The notes beneath the pieces are model-generated. The model was given only the letters and a program-made list of their open reading frames with translations. It was not told where the DNA came from and did not search any database. A stretch of 64,000 nucleotides of DNA from an uncultured virus (IMG/VR IMGVR_UViG_3300009184_000002) (lineage: Duplodnaviria; Heunggongvirae; Uroviricota; Caudoviricetes). Shown here piece by piece: positions 10,867 through 19,761 of the stretch (positions are counted from its first letter, which is position 1; each line of letters opens with the position of its first letter). Where the stretch lies: the IMG/VR virus record IMGVR_UViG_3300009184_000002. The stretch is one strand, 5' to 3'. The position numbers and the translations under genes are program-made.

Positions 10867-11088
10867 TTAATAGAAATTTCCGCCGCCAATGTCTTTGAGG
10901 TTCTTATCTGGACCGACTTTTTTGTCTTTAGTCAATTTGCACTGAGCTGCGCCAATCTTCCAGTTGTTGTTACGCTTAGAGCCAGATGGTCCAGCATCTA
11001 TAGTTTTTTCACCAGGGCCACCGCCGCTGGAAAGTTTGCCAGTTTCCTGGTATGTTTGACGAAAGCCTTGTAAATTATTATCGGCCAT
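10867..11088 (-). CDS. Hypothetical protein downstream of portal
   Basis: 73 aa ORF overlapping the portal stop, with a GGAG RBS. Confidence 0.5.
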   Translation of the reverse strand: MADNNLQGFRQTYQETGKLSSGGGPGEKTIDAGPSGSKRNNNWKIGAAQCKLTKDKKVGPDKNLKDIGGGNFY

Positions 11089-13954
11089 TAGTTTCTCCTG
11101 TGGGGGGTAAAGGGGGTGTAGGGGGTTGTAATGCTACTTGTTGTTGCTGTTGTGCTAATGCTTGTTGATGAGCTTGATCATTCTGCATTAACTGTTGTTG
11201 GTGTTGCTGATTTGCTAATGCCGCTTGTTTTTCAGCATCAATTTGTGATGCTACTTGACTAGCTTGTTGTTGGAACTGTTGTTGCTCAACATTAATACCA
11301 TGCTGGCGTATATCCATTTCGGCAGCTTTCGTTGCCTCAAAAGCAGCCATATCTTGCTCATGTTGAAGCATTGATTGTTGTTGATCCATCTGAACACCAG
11401 CATTAATCTGAGCTACACGCTCTTTTGCGGCGTTGTTGATGTTAGCTAGTGCAATAGTTGTTGCATTTTGTTGGCTGTCCAAATGCGTCTGAGTGCTGTA
11501 CTTAGTTTGCAACTCTTGAACCTTTTGTTGCAACTCTGCCACTTTGAGCTGGAACTCTTGTTGCGACTTTTGCATATCAGCTTGCATCTTTGCTTGTGAC
11601 TCTTGAGCTTTACGCTGAGTCTCAGCCATCTGAGTCTTCATGATGACTTGTGCAGTTGGATCAGCCTCAGCTGCCATTTGCATTTGAGCTTGACGACCTT
11701 GCTGGACTTTTTGTGCGATTTGCTGGATAGCTGGAGCGATTGGTTGGAATGCCACTTGACCATCTTGAGCAACCATCTGACATGCAATTGCCAAAGCTTG
11801 CTCGCTTGTTTTATCTAGCGGACGCTCTTCGTTCAGTTTAAATATATCTTTACCATCACCAGAAGCTTGACCAACATAGTCACGCATGGATTGTAGGTAA
11901 TGAAGCGTAATGTGTTGCTTGAGGTGCTCTAAGAGATGCGGGGCATATGCTGGTCCGATAATTGGACTGCTACCATAGTTAGGATCCATAGCAAAGGTTA
12001 AATGCACCTTAATATGAGCTAAGTGATCTTGATCCGGGTAAGCGGCAGCTGCTCTTCCCATTGCCATCGAGACATTCTCGAGTGCCGGGTTAGATTCTTT
12101 TACGCCATCTGGGTTTGGCAAAATGTCTTCGATGTTAGGAATCTTCATCTGTCTTAGCACACGCAAGTGAGCTTGACGCAAATCATAGAGCTGGGGTGCT
12201 GAAGAAGCTAACTGTAAAATTGCTTGTGCTTGAGCCAGACGCTGGGTTTCAGAGAAAATGTTAGGATCTGAAACTGGACGCACATCGTTGTTCGATGCAA
12301 AGTCACGGATTTCAATCTCTTCACCAGATTGGTTGTCCATCTCTTCCAAGTACCAGTGATTGATACGAGAAACAATTTGGAGCGATTTAGCTTGGCTACG
12401 ATGTAAGCGTGCGTGAATGCTGGAGAATACTTTAGCCCCTTGCTCGATCAGAGCTTGGGTAGTGCCCACTGGCATGTTGCTATTAGCGCCAGCAATCTTT
12501 TCTTCGGATGTAGTAACCACGCCTTTAGCGGCATCAGTTAACCAACCTAGAAGATTAAACAATACATTAGATGGAGCATTGAAGGGCATTGGCATGGCGA
12601 TTTTTCTGACATCGTCAACACCAGGTGCACCTTCAATTTCCATTACTTGAGTGGGCTCAATCCTGTCACTCTGTCCACCAATTCGTCCACCTTTGAGCTT
12701 AAGCATCGTCTGACTGTTGCTGATATGAGCAGAATCCATAAGAGCACGTAGAGCGCCAGTAAGAGCAGCAGACAACCCGCCAATAAGATGGGGAAGACCA
12801 ATGGCATAAGCACCACGCCAAGGAATAAATTTAAATTCGACGTACCAATCCAACTTTTCAAGTTTCTCATCACCGTAGCACCAATTTCTATACAACGCCA
12901 GTACTTCACTACTGGATTCGTCGATGGTTAAAATATATGGAGCTCGGCGACCATCGGTTTCATCATCATCTTCTAAACGCAAAAAGCAAGTGATTTCATA
13001 AACGCGGCGTACGCCATCCACATTTTTCTCGGGCTTATCTTTGCCCTCAATTTTATTGTTCGCTTTTTGCGAACGAGTCATCTCTTCTGGGCCAAGGTCA
13101 GAAATATAAGTACTATCGATATCACGATAGACACCTTGATCAACTCGCTGTTCAAACACATCTTGCGTAATGTCTTGAACTTCAGTTACACGAGCAGAAG
13201 TATAAAAGTTGGTTGTGGAGTACGGGAGCAGAATGTTATCAATTGGAATCCACTCTGTCATTGGACGACGCTGTTCGCTGTCGTAACGCCATTTAAGATA
13301 CTGCGAACCCCCCAATGGTAACTGAGTGAGAAGAACTTCCATCTCATCACGATACTCGGGAACTTGTTCTGTTAACTGCCAGTTAAGGAAGTTTACTTTG
13401 CGGTCTGCGGTTTCTTGGCGTTGCTTGTCTGGTTCGCCTTTAATATACGATCTGACAAGCCCGTCAGCTGGGAGAATTTCTCGTGCAGCTGATGCTGCAA
13501 AGTCAACGCAGCTTTCCGCCATAACAGGATGTACCACCTTAGAAGCGCCATCAAATGTTGCTCCACCAGGTGCATCTTTTCCAAGACCCGTTCTACGAAG
13601 TCCTTCTTCATATTGTTTGTCTCTTTCTGATCTAGCTTCACGATCAACCTCAATTAATTCAAGATACTCGGTTGCTAAAGATTGGAGTACATCTTCGTCC
13701 ATTGTTTCCGCCAAGTTCGCATAGAACTCTGGGTTTTGCATCGGACCTTCAGTTGGTGTGTAGTTAACAATTACTGAACCATCGTCTAGTTCAATTACTT
13801 CTTCGTCTAAAGTTTTAGAGTCACCTTCTAAACCGAGAGCCTCTTCGTACTCTTCGATTTCTTTTTCACTCATCTGAGTCTGTTCAATTTCTTCATCTCT
13901 TTGGAGGGAAGAAAGATTAGAACCAGTTTGGATTGGTAACTGTGGTGCGGCCAT
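11078..13954 (-). CDS. Portal protein
   Basis: 958 aa, VVHPVMAESCVDF, FIPWRGAYAIGLPHLIGGL, long Q-rich C-terminal coiled-coil barrel as in P22-like portals; follows TerL. Confidence 0.88.
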   Translation of the reverse strand: MAAPQLPIQTGSNLSSLQRDEEIEQTQMSEKEIEEYEEALGLEGDSKTLDEEVIELDDGSVIVNYTPTEGPMQNPEFYANLAETMDEDVLQSLATEYLELIEVDREARSERDKQYEEGLRRTGLGKDAPGGATFDGASKVVHPVMAESCVDFAASAAREILPADGLVRSYIKGEPDKQRQETADRKVNFLNWQLTEQVPEYRDEMEVLLTQLPLGGSQYLKWRYDSEQRRPMTEWIPIDNILLPYSTTNFYTSARVTEVQDITQDVFEQRVDQGVYRDIDSTYISDLGPEEMTRSQKANNKIEGKDKPEKNVDGVRRVYEITCFLRLEDDDETDGRRAPYILTIDESSSEVLALYRNWCYGDEKLEKLDWYVEFKFIPWRGAYAIGLPHLIGGLSAALTGALRALMDSAHISNSQTMLKLKGGRIGGQSDRIEPTQVMEIEGAPGVDDVRKIAMPMPFNAPSNVLFNLLGWLTDAAKGVVTTSEEKIAGANSNMPVGTTQALIEQGAKVFSSIHARLHRSQAKSLQIVSRINHWYLEEMDNQSGEEIEIRDFASNNDVRPVSDPNIFSETQRLAQAQAILQLASSAPQLYDLRQAHLRVLRQMKIPNIEDILPNPDGVKESNPALENVSMAMGRAAAAYPDQDHLAHIKVHLTFAMDPNYGSSPIIGPAYAPHLLEHLKQHITLHYLQSMRDYVGQASGDGKDIFKLNEERPLDKTSEQALAIACQMVAQDGQVAFQPIAPAIQQIAQKVQQGRQAQMQMAAEADPTAQVIMKTQMAETQRKAQESQAKMQADMQKSQQEFQLKVAELQQKVQELQTKYSTQTHLDSQQNATTIALANINNAAKERVAQINAGVQMDQQQSMLQHEQDMAAFEATKAAEMDIRQHGINVEQQQFQQQASQVASQIDAEKQAALANQQHQQQLMQNDQAHQQALAQQQQQVALQPPTPPLPPTGETNGR

Positions 13955-13957
13955 TAA

Positions 13958-14803
13958 TTAATTTCCAGAAAGGTGTTTTTGTATGAGTAATTTACTCATG
14001 TCATAAAAAGGAGTTGTTGAACCACCAGCGGCATATCGTCTGCCCGGTTTGTTTTGTTCTACTGTTGGCACATAACTACCCATAGGATCTGCATACTCGT
14101 TTGCACCCAGATTCAACTTCTCGGGCTCTTGGTAATTATACGCTGAATTGATTGTGTTCATCAACTCTGCATTTTTAGGATGATCCACTGCGTAACCAAA
14201 TTCATTGAAGCGTTGGTTGTGCTGTGCACCAGTTCTACCAGTCATGCCAGAGCGACCAGTGCCGTTCCATACTTCTTGGAATGGTTTGTTGATTCGATTA
14301 GCGAGTTGTTGTTTGTCGTACAGTGCTGCTGCAAAGTCAGAAGCTACTCGGTTGTGACCCATTTCATTTAACAAAGCGGCTTTTTCCATTGCGGCTTTGT
14401 TATTTTCGTTTAGTGCATTAAAACCAAAGTCACCACGACCTTCAACTAGTAACATCTTGGCTAGTTGATCTTGTGTGAGTTGTGGTATTCCAAGAGACTG
14501 TCCCGCACGCATCGCTTTGATGTATTCCTCAATGGTCGTTTTATCCAAACGAGTCGGCATTGTTTCCATGCGATCTTTCCCGCCGTAACGACCAGTGGGG
14601 TCAGCACGATACACATTGATAGGATTTGGTGAGGTCATGTCTACACTCTGACCCGAACCAGCCAAACCAGCACCGTACCCCATACCGAGTGTGTGCGGTT
14701 GCATGTAATGAGTCATTGGTGGGCGACCACCCGCTTGCATGTGCGGAATGCCAGCTTGCTCGTACAGCATTTCAAGGGGGGATTTGATTAACGGAGAGCT
14801 CAT
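13958..14803 (-). CDS. Putative internal virion protein
   Basis: Between TerL and portal, has its own late promoter, carries MQAGG and YAAGG tags. Confidence 0.5.
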   Translation of the reverse strand: MSSPLIKSPLEMLYEQAGIPHMQAGGRPPMTHYMQPHTLGMGYGAGLAGSGQSVDMTSPNPINVYRADPTGRYGGKDRMETMPTRLDKTTIEEYIKAMRAGQSLGIPQLTQDQLAKMLLVEGRGDFGFNALNENNKAAMEKAALLNEMGHNRVASDFAAALYDKQQLANRINKPFQEVWNGTGRSGMTGRTGAQHNQRFNEFGYAVDHPKNAELMNTINSAYNYQEPEKLNLGANEYADPMGSYVPTVEQNKPGRRYAAGGSTTPFYDMSKLLIQKHLSGN

Positions 14804-14811
14804 GTCTATTA

Positions 14812-14844
14812 CTACTTATGCAAAAGGAGCAAGGTTTCCGCCCT
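14812..14844 (-). promoter_or_regulatory. Phage-specific (late) promoter
   Basis: AGGGCG-N16-TGCATAAGTAG. Confidence 0.8.
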
Positions 14845-16289
14845 TACTGTGCATACGGGTTGTATCTCTTTTTGGCTGCATCATCATCCGAATAACTGTA
14901 ATCACGAGAAGGCAGTGCATCTAAATGAATCCAACCCGAGTCTCTTAGTACTCGCAAGGCTTGTGAAAGGGAATCCACATAGTCATCATGCCCACCAGCT
15001 TCTGGAAAAGAACACACTTGGCGGATAAACCGCTTTGCCCATTGTGACACCTCGTTTTTAATCTCGGGATCTTCTGGGATGTACACCTTGCCTTTAGCCA
15101 CCAAGGGAGCCACAATGTTTACACGCTGGACTTTATCTGCCTTGCCCGGATTGTAGCCCCGTACGGGCACATAGGCGCCTTGGAGCTCTTGTATGAGGCT
15201 GATACCAGCGGACTTGTCTTCCATCAGTATGAGGTCTGCTTTACGCCCCTTGGCAAAGTCGTTGTCTGATCCGTACACCACTTCCTTGTAATCATTAATC
15301 ACTTTCCTACGCAACTCGGGGTATGACATATGCTCATCCCACGCATCAAGCAAGATGATGCTGGTGCCGGCATCTTCTTTTTCAAAGATACCCCATACCG
15401 TACATGCTGTTGGGTCGTTGGTAGTTTTTTCTGAGGTTGCTGGGTCGTATGAGGCAATCACATACTCCAGCTTGGGTGTGGGTTTGTTAGCTGGCCAGAG
15501 CTTAAACCATTTGCGTTTGATAATACCCGCATCTTCTGGGTCAAGGATTGCACCGTAGATCTCTTGTTTACCAAGGTCGGTGCCCTCGTATGTCTCAAGG
15601 GCTTTAAAGAAGGACGAGGAGAGGTTTGCTCGGTTATCATACGAGCTGGCGTTGACCACATACACATCACCCCCTACCTTACCCTCGTTGAGGTCTACAA
15701 TGAGTTCTCTTGGCTTTGGGGTGGTGGTAACAATCTGTTGCACCCTAGGAAAGCGAGCATCACGCAAACGCAATGTAAACTGTGCTTGATCCCAAGCGTC
15801 ATCAATGTAATCAAACGCCGCCAACTCGTCAAACCACGCTCCATGATACTGCTTACCACGATAACGCTCTGGTTCGGTGCCAGGAATACCTTGGATGATA
15901 GAGCCGTTCTTAAGGTGGATCTCAAACAACGACTTGTTGTAGGTGTCAATCAAGGACGGTGGGATGATGTTTAGAAGGCCAGAGTCACCCTCAAAGCAAG
16001 TTGCCCGTATGTCGCTGGAAGTTGGTGCTGTGACAAGCCAGCGCGTTCCATTGTAAAGAGCTGCACGCTGTCCAATCCAATTGGAAGCTGTGTAAGTTTT
16101 ACCTGCGCCACGACCAGCAAGCATAAGCATGGTATCATACTCGCCATCCTCTGGCTCTCGCTGATGATCTAGCGCGGTCAACTCCCATCGTACTCTCCAT
16201 AGGGCAAGATCAAGCTGATCTTTTGGCCAGTGTTTGTTTTGTGCTGCAAAAAGAGCAAGAATCTTTTCTTGCTGTGTGTTTAATGCCAT
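14844..16289 (-). CDS. terL: Terminase large subunit
   Basis: Walker A LAGRGAGKT, Walker B AWFDE, nuclease motifs SYDPA and HDDYVDSLSQ. Start placed at MALNTQ. Confidence 0.92.
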   Translation of the reverse strand: MALNTQQEKILALFAAQNKHWPKDQLDLALWRVRWELTALDHQREPEDGEYDTMLMLAGRGAGKTYTASNWIGQRAALYNGTRWLVTAPTSSDIRATCFEGDSGLLNIIPPSLIDTYNKSLFEIHLKNGSIIQGIPGTEPERYRGKQYHGAWFDELAAFDYIDDAWDQAQFTLRLRDARFPRVQQIVTTTPKPRELIVDLNEGKVGGDVYVVNASSYDNRANLSSSFFKALETYEGTDLGKQEIYGAILDPEDAGIIKRKWFKLWPANKPTPKLEYVIASYDPATSEKTTNDPTACTVWGIFEKEDAGTSIILLDAWDEHMSYPELRRKVINDYKEVVYGSDNDFAKGRKADLILMEDKSAGISLIQELQGAYVPVRGYNPGKADKVQRVNIVAPLVAKGKVYIPEDPEIKNEVSQWAKRFIRQVCSFPEAGGHDDYVDSLSQALRVLRDSGWIHLDALPSRDYSYSDDDAAKKRYNPYAQ

Positions 16290-17260
16290 ATTGGTAAAAA
16301 TCCCTGCCCTACTACGAAGGGCTCTGCTGTTTTGATATGAACACAACTCCGAATCGGTGCTGTATCAATCTTTGTTATCATTCTTCGACCAGCGTTTTTC
16401 AAATTGGTCACAATTTCTTGCTCTTTGGTCAGCGGAATGTTGGTTTTAAAGCGTAATTTGTGGGTAATGCTGTGGTCTCGTGAAAAAACTTGGGTTTTCA
16501 TTCCCAAAGATTCACAAATTCCCTGTATGGTGATCAAAAATCGCAAGTCAGTACTAAAAATTTCAAATTCTTTGCACTTTTTGTTGTAGGCATTGGGTCT
16601 TAGTGCCAAAAATCCTTGCAACAACTCCACTCTTTGCTTGATTGCCCCAAAACAATACTCTGGCGGTAGGACTTTAGGTACGGTGGGGTACTTTGTAATG
16701 AACGAATGGTTAATGGACGGGCGAATTTCAATGAGGTTGCCCGACTCCTCCACATAATTCCAACCATACGAGCGGATTTTCTTTTTAATAAACTCGCTAT
16801 TCTCTGGTTTAAGAATAAACCGACCTCGCATATTGCGTTTTGTCATCCACATTCCCACAATAAAGGGCGGTACTGGATGATCCTCCCAAATAAACTGGAT
16901 GGGAGCTGTATTATTAATGGAAAATATCCGATCACCCCGCTGGGTTGTTAATCCCACATCCAATAGTTCTTGGGGTGTGGCAAACTTCTGCACCGATCGT
17001 TGCTTTCGTTTGGCTTGATACTGATTTTCTACCCAGCGTCGGTTAATATCACTGACAGGCAGACGAGTATGATTATCAACCAAGACAGATACTCCGTCGT
17101 TTAATAATACCTCATAACAATTAGTCGGTATATATTCATGAGTACCGACAATTTGTATTGGCAATCCTTTGGAAGAAAAAACATAATCACCTTTTTTTAA
17201 ATGCTTTGCCAGTGCCCAACCATTTGGAATAGGGACGGGGGTATTAGCTTCGATTGCCAT
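16280..17260 (-). CDS. Free-standing degenerate intein (Hint + LAGLIDADG-like)
   Basis: N-terminus AIEANTPVPIPNGW...LKKGDYVF resembles intein block A. PPFIVGMW and QRVELLQGFL are LAGLIDADG-like. C-terminus CVHI...FVVGQGFLPIWH resembles blocks F/G without the terminal HN. Confidence 0.75.
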   Translation of the reverse strand: MAIEANTPVPIPNGWALAKHLKKGDYVFSSKGLPIQIVGTHEYIPTNCYEVLLNDGVSVLVDNHTRLPVSDINRRWVENQYQAKRKQRSVQKFATPQELLDVGLTTQRGDRIFSINNTAPIQFIWEDHPVPPFIVGMWMTKRNMRGRFILKPENSEFIKKKIRSYGWNYVEESGNLIEIRPSINHSFITKYPTVPKVLPPEYCFGAIKQRVELLQGFLALRPNAYNKKCKEFEIFSTDLRFLITIQGICESLGMKTQVFSRDHSITHKLRFKTNIPLTKEQEIVTNLKNAGRRMITKIDTAPIRSCVHIKTAEPFVVGQGFLPIWH

Positions 17261-17522
17261 TACAAACCCAATAATCTAACCACTCATTCATCGGGGTTCT
17301 TAATTGGTTGGCAATATTATCTGGAAGCTTTCTCACATCCAAATAATTATTTACTGAGAGGCGATATTTAAAATAAGCAAGGAGTTCGGGTTTAAATATC
17401 TCTGCCGGCACATCGACCAGTTCTAAAACATCAGCAGTACACACCGCTACTCTAAACCCTCCGACTTCCTTATTGGGTTTTTCTAAGACGCCTTTGATTT
17501 GGTAAACATATTTTTTACACAC
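17244..17522 (-). CDS. Hypothetical protein
   Basis: 92 aa ORF overlapping both neighbours in the TerL operon. Confidence 0.5.
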   Translation of the reverse strand: MCKKYVYQIKGVLEKPNKEVGGFRVAVCTADVLELVDVPAEIFKPELLAYFKYRLSVNNYLDVRKLPDNIANQLRTPMNEWLDYWVCNGNRS

Positions 17523-17769
17523 GGTTTTCTTTCAATCGTTCACGCTTGCCACGTGTCATCCGAATGGGTTTTCCATCCTGCCGCCGTTTTTTGTGCTTAA
17601 TAAATCGATCCCTAGTTTCAGCGGCTTTAAACGCTTCTGGGCTTAACCATTGTTCATAGCGGTAGCCATTGCTCCCGACTTTGGTTCTATAGTTAAAGAA
17701 CCGATAGCCGTCTTCTCGCATATCGCCATATTTGAAGGGTTCGTTTGTGGTTGGATTGTTTCTCTTCAT
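17515..17769 (-). CDS. Hypothetical basic protein, first gene of the packaging operon (probably leaderless)
   Basis: ATG is 4 nt downstream of the promoter -10 box; PFKYGDMREDGYRF. Confidence 0.55.
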   Translation of the reverse strand: MKRNNPTTNEPFKYGDMREDGYRFFNYRTKVGSNGYRYEQWLSPEAFKAAETRDRFIKHKKRRQDGKPIRMTRGKRERLKENRV

Positions 17770-17773
17770 ACAA

Positions 17774-17806
17774 CTACTTATGCAAATTCTATATCAAAAC
17801 CGCCCT
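17774..17806 (-). promoter_or_regulatory. Phage-specific (late) promoter
   Basis: AGGGCG-N16-TGCATAAGTAG. Confidence 0.8.
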
Positions 17807-17847
17807 GCCCAATATTTTGATATAGAAGGAGGCAGGGTATCCACGAT

Positions 17848-18192
17848 CTTATTACTATATCAACGCTATCCTGTCACCCTGTGAGCCATACTGGGCGTGC
17901 CCTATCCACGGTATCCATAGTATCCACGGTCAAAACACACTTAGGGGGTATATGTGTTTCTCTATTTTATTAAAAAATAAAAAAATAAAGAAATACTATG
18001 GATACCCTGTCTTATTACTATATCAACTATATAGAATAAGGGCTGGCGGGTCGTTTTGGAGACACCATGCGATTTTGTATCCTGTCACCTTATTACTATA
18101 TCAAACACACTTTATCTTTTAAAAACAAAAACTTAGGAGCGTTTTTAGGAGACAGGATGCACTTTTTGTATCCTGTCTTATTACTATATCAA
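17848..18192. repeat. Iteron-like direct repeats plus inverted repeat around an AT tract (ori/pac candidate)
   Basis: CTTATTACTATATCAA at 17848, 18011, 18089 and 18177. Inverted repeat GGTATCCATAGTAT (17910-17923) / ATACTATGGATACC (17993-18006). Confidence 0.75.
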
Positions 18193-18327
18193 CAGTTTAT
18201 TTACACTAAAAAATAAAAAATTTGGAGGAAAACAGTCTGAGCTTGTGCTTGGTGTGAGCCTCCGCCGGCCCCATTCACTGGAATCCTATTTGGGTGGTGT
18301 GGTAAAAAAACAACACCCCCTCATTGC

Positions 18328-18580
18328 GAAGTGAGTACTTACTAACCGGATTGGCGCACCAATGTGGTGCATAGGCGAAGTGAGTACTCACTAACCTGGC
18401 CAGCGCACCAATGTGGTGCATTGATATGTTGCACCGCACCAAGTTAGTGGACGCTTACATTGCCAATGCACCAATATGGTGCAGCATGTAAGTGAGTACT
18501 TACTAACCTGGCCAGCGCACCAGTTTGGTGCATCAAGTGAGTGCATACTAACAGTTTGCTCAGCGCACCAGTTTGGTGCA
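18328..18580. repeat. Tandem ~49-bp operator-like array with five NtrC-consensus boxes
   Basis: YGCACCA-N3-TGGTGCA at 18355, 18404, 18467, 18516 and 18564, alternating with AAGTGAGTACTTACTAAC-like elements. Confidence 0.85.
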
Positions 18581-18961
18581 TGATGCGTGCGTGAGAGAGC
18601 GGTAGGGTATTCCCTTAGTGGATTACCCTAACCACCATGCACCCGTTGTACCAATACAACACACAGGGTAAACACCTATTGACAATCCAGTTGTTGTAAA
18701 TATGCAACACCTAGCCTAGGGTAAACCCTAACGATCAGATCGTGCCATATTGAACGATCGACAATGCCCTAATGCAAGTAGATCAAGTGAGAGCAAAACC
18801 GCTCTAATGCCCCATAAACCCGCTTAAAATCGATTGCCTATTTTTTAGGCAACCTGGCCAGGGTAAACCCTATTAGGGTTAATATATTTAAAATTTACTG
18901 TATAAGTGATTTAAAATTATGTTAGTAGTAAATTTATTAAACAATTACACAAAGGGAATAT

Positions 18962-19714
18962 ATGCAGATCAATAAACCATTAACCCGTAAATCATTATTA
19001 GGGTTTGACACAAATGCCAAAACAGTAAAAGGGGAGCAATTAGGTTTTTTAACTGGCATTCTATATCTTGCCCCTTCAGATATAAGCGGGTTTAATGTAT
19101 GCCCCATGGCAAAAATAGCACAATGCGAAAATGCTTGCTTATATACAGCGGGTAGAGGGGCATTCAATAGCATTCAATTAGCTAGAATTAATAAAACCCA
19201 ATATTTTTTTGAAGATCGTCAAAATTTTATGCTCAATATTGTGAAGGATATTGAGAAGGGAATTAAGCAAGCAAAAAAAGCGGGTTTAACTCTACTTATT
19301 CGATTAAATGGTACAAGTGATATTAAATGGGAAAATGTATTTTTTGATTATGAATTTATGCATGGCAAGATTAGATCTATTAATATTTTTGATCTATTTC
19401 CCGAAATTCAATTTTATGACTATACCAAAATTGCCAATAGAATAGATCTACCAAAAAATTATGATCTTACATTCTCATATAGTGGCGTAATTCAATATCA
19501 ACCATATGTTAAAAAAGCAATTAATAATCAAATGAGAATTGCCACAGTATTTAGAAGAGTAGAAGATATTCCCACAAGCTTTTTAGGTTTGCCAGTAGTA
19601 AGCGGGGATAATTCAGATATCCGCCATTTAGATAATCAAAATAGTATTGTGGCATTGTATGCTAAGGGTAAAGCAAAAAAAGACAATACTGGGTTTGTAG
19701 TGGATACCATTTAA
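18962..19714 (+). CDS. GP88-family (radical-SAM-like) phage protein
   Basis: VCPMAKIAQCENACLYTAGRG Cys cluster, IRLNGTSDI, QFYDYTK, YDLTFSYS; very AT-rich. Confidence 0.7.
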   Translation: MQINKPLTRKSLLGFDTNAKTVKGEQLGFLTGILYLAPSDISGFNVCPMAKIAQCENACLYTAGRGAFNSIQLARINKTQYFFEDRQNFMLNIVKDIEKGIKQAKKAGLTLLIRLNGTSDIKWENVFFDYEFMHGKIRSINIFDLFPEIQFYDYTKIANRIDLPKNYDLTFSYSGVIQYQPYVKKAINNQMRIATVFRRVEDIPTSFLGLPVVSGDNSDIRHLDNQNSIVALYAKGKAKKDNTGFVVDTI

Positions 19715-19732
19715 GCAATTAGGAATAACCCC

Positions 19733-19761
19733 ATCCCCGCCAATAAGCGGGGATTTTTTTT
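19733..19761 (+). terminator. Rho-independent terminator
   Basis: ATCCCCGC-CAATAA-GCGGGGAT followed by a T-run. Confidence 0.8.

Noticed and set aside
13958..14803. Lytic transglycosylase activity
   Set aside because: Only a single LLVEG hint; other family motifs were not evident.
16280..17260. Active intein spliced into TerL or a split-intein pair
   Set aside because: Different frame from TerL, own stop codon, no N-extein and no terminal Asn; TerL is complete without it.
18328..18580. CRISPR array
   Set aside because: Units are two alternating palindromic motifs with very short, partly repeated linkers rather than unique ~30-nt spacers; no cas operon.
18678..18712. TTGACA in the long repeats as canonical sigma70 promoters
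   Set aside because: No convincing TAnnnT at 16-18 bp in the three copies, so they were not called as promoters.
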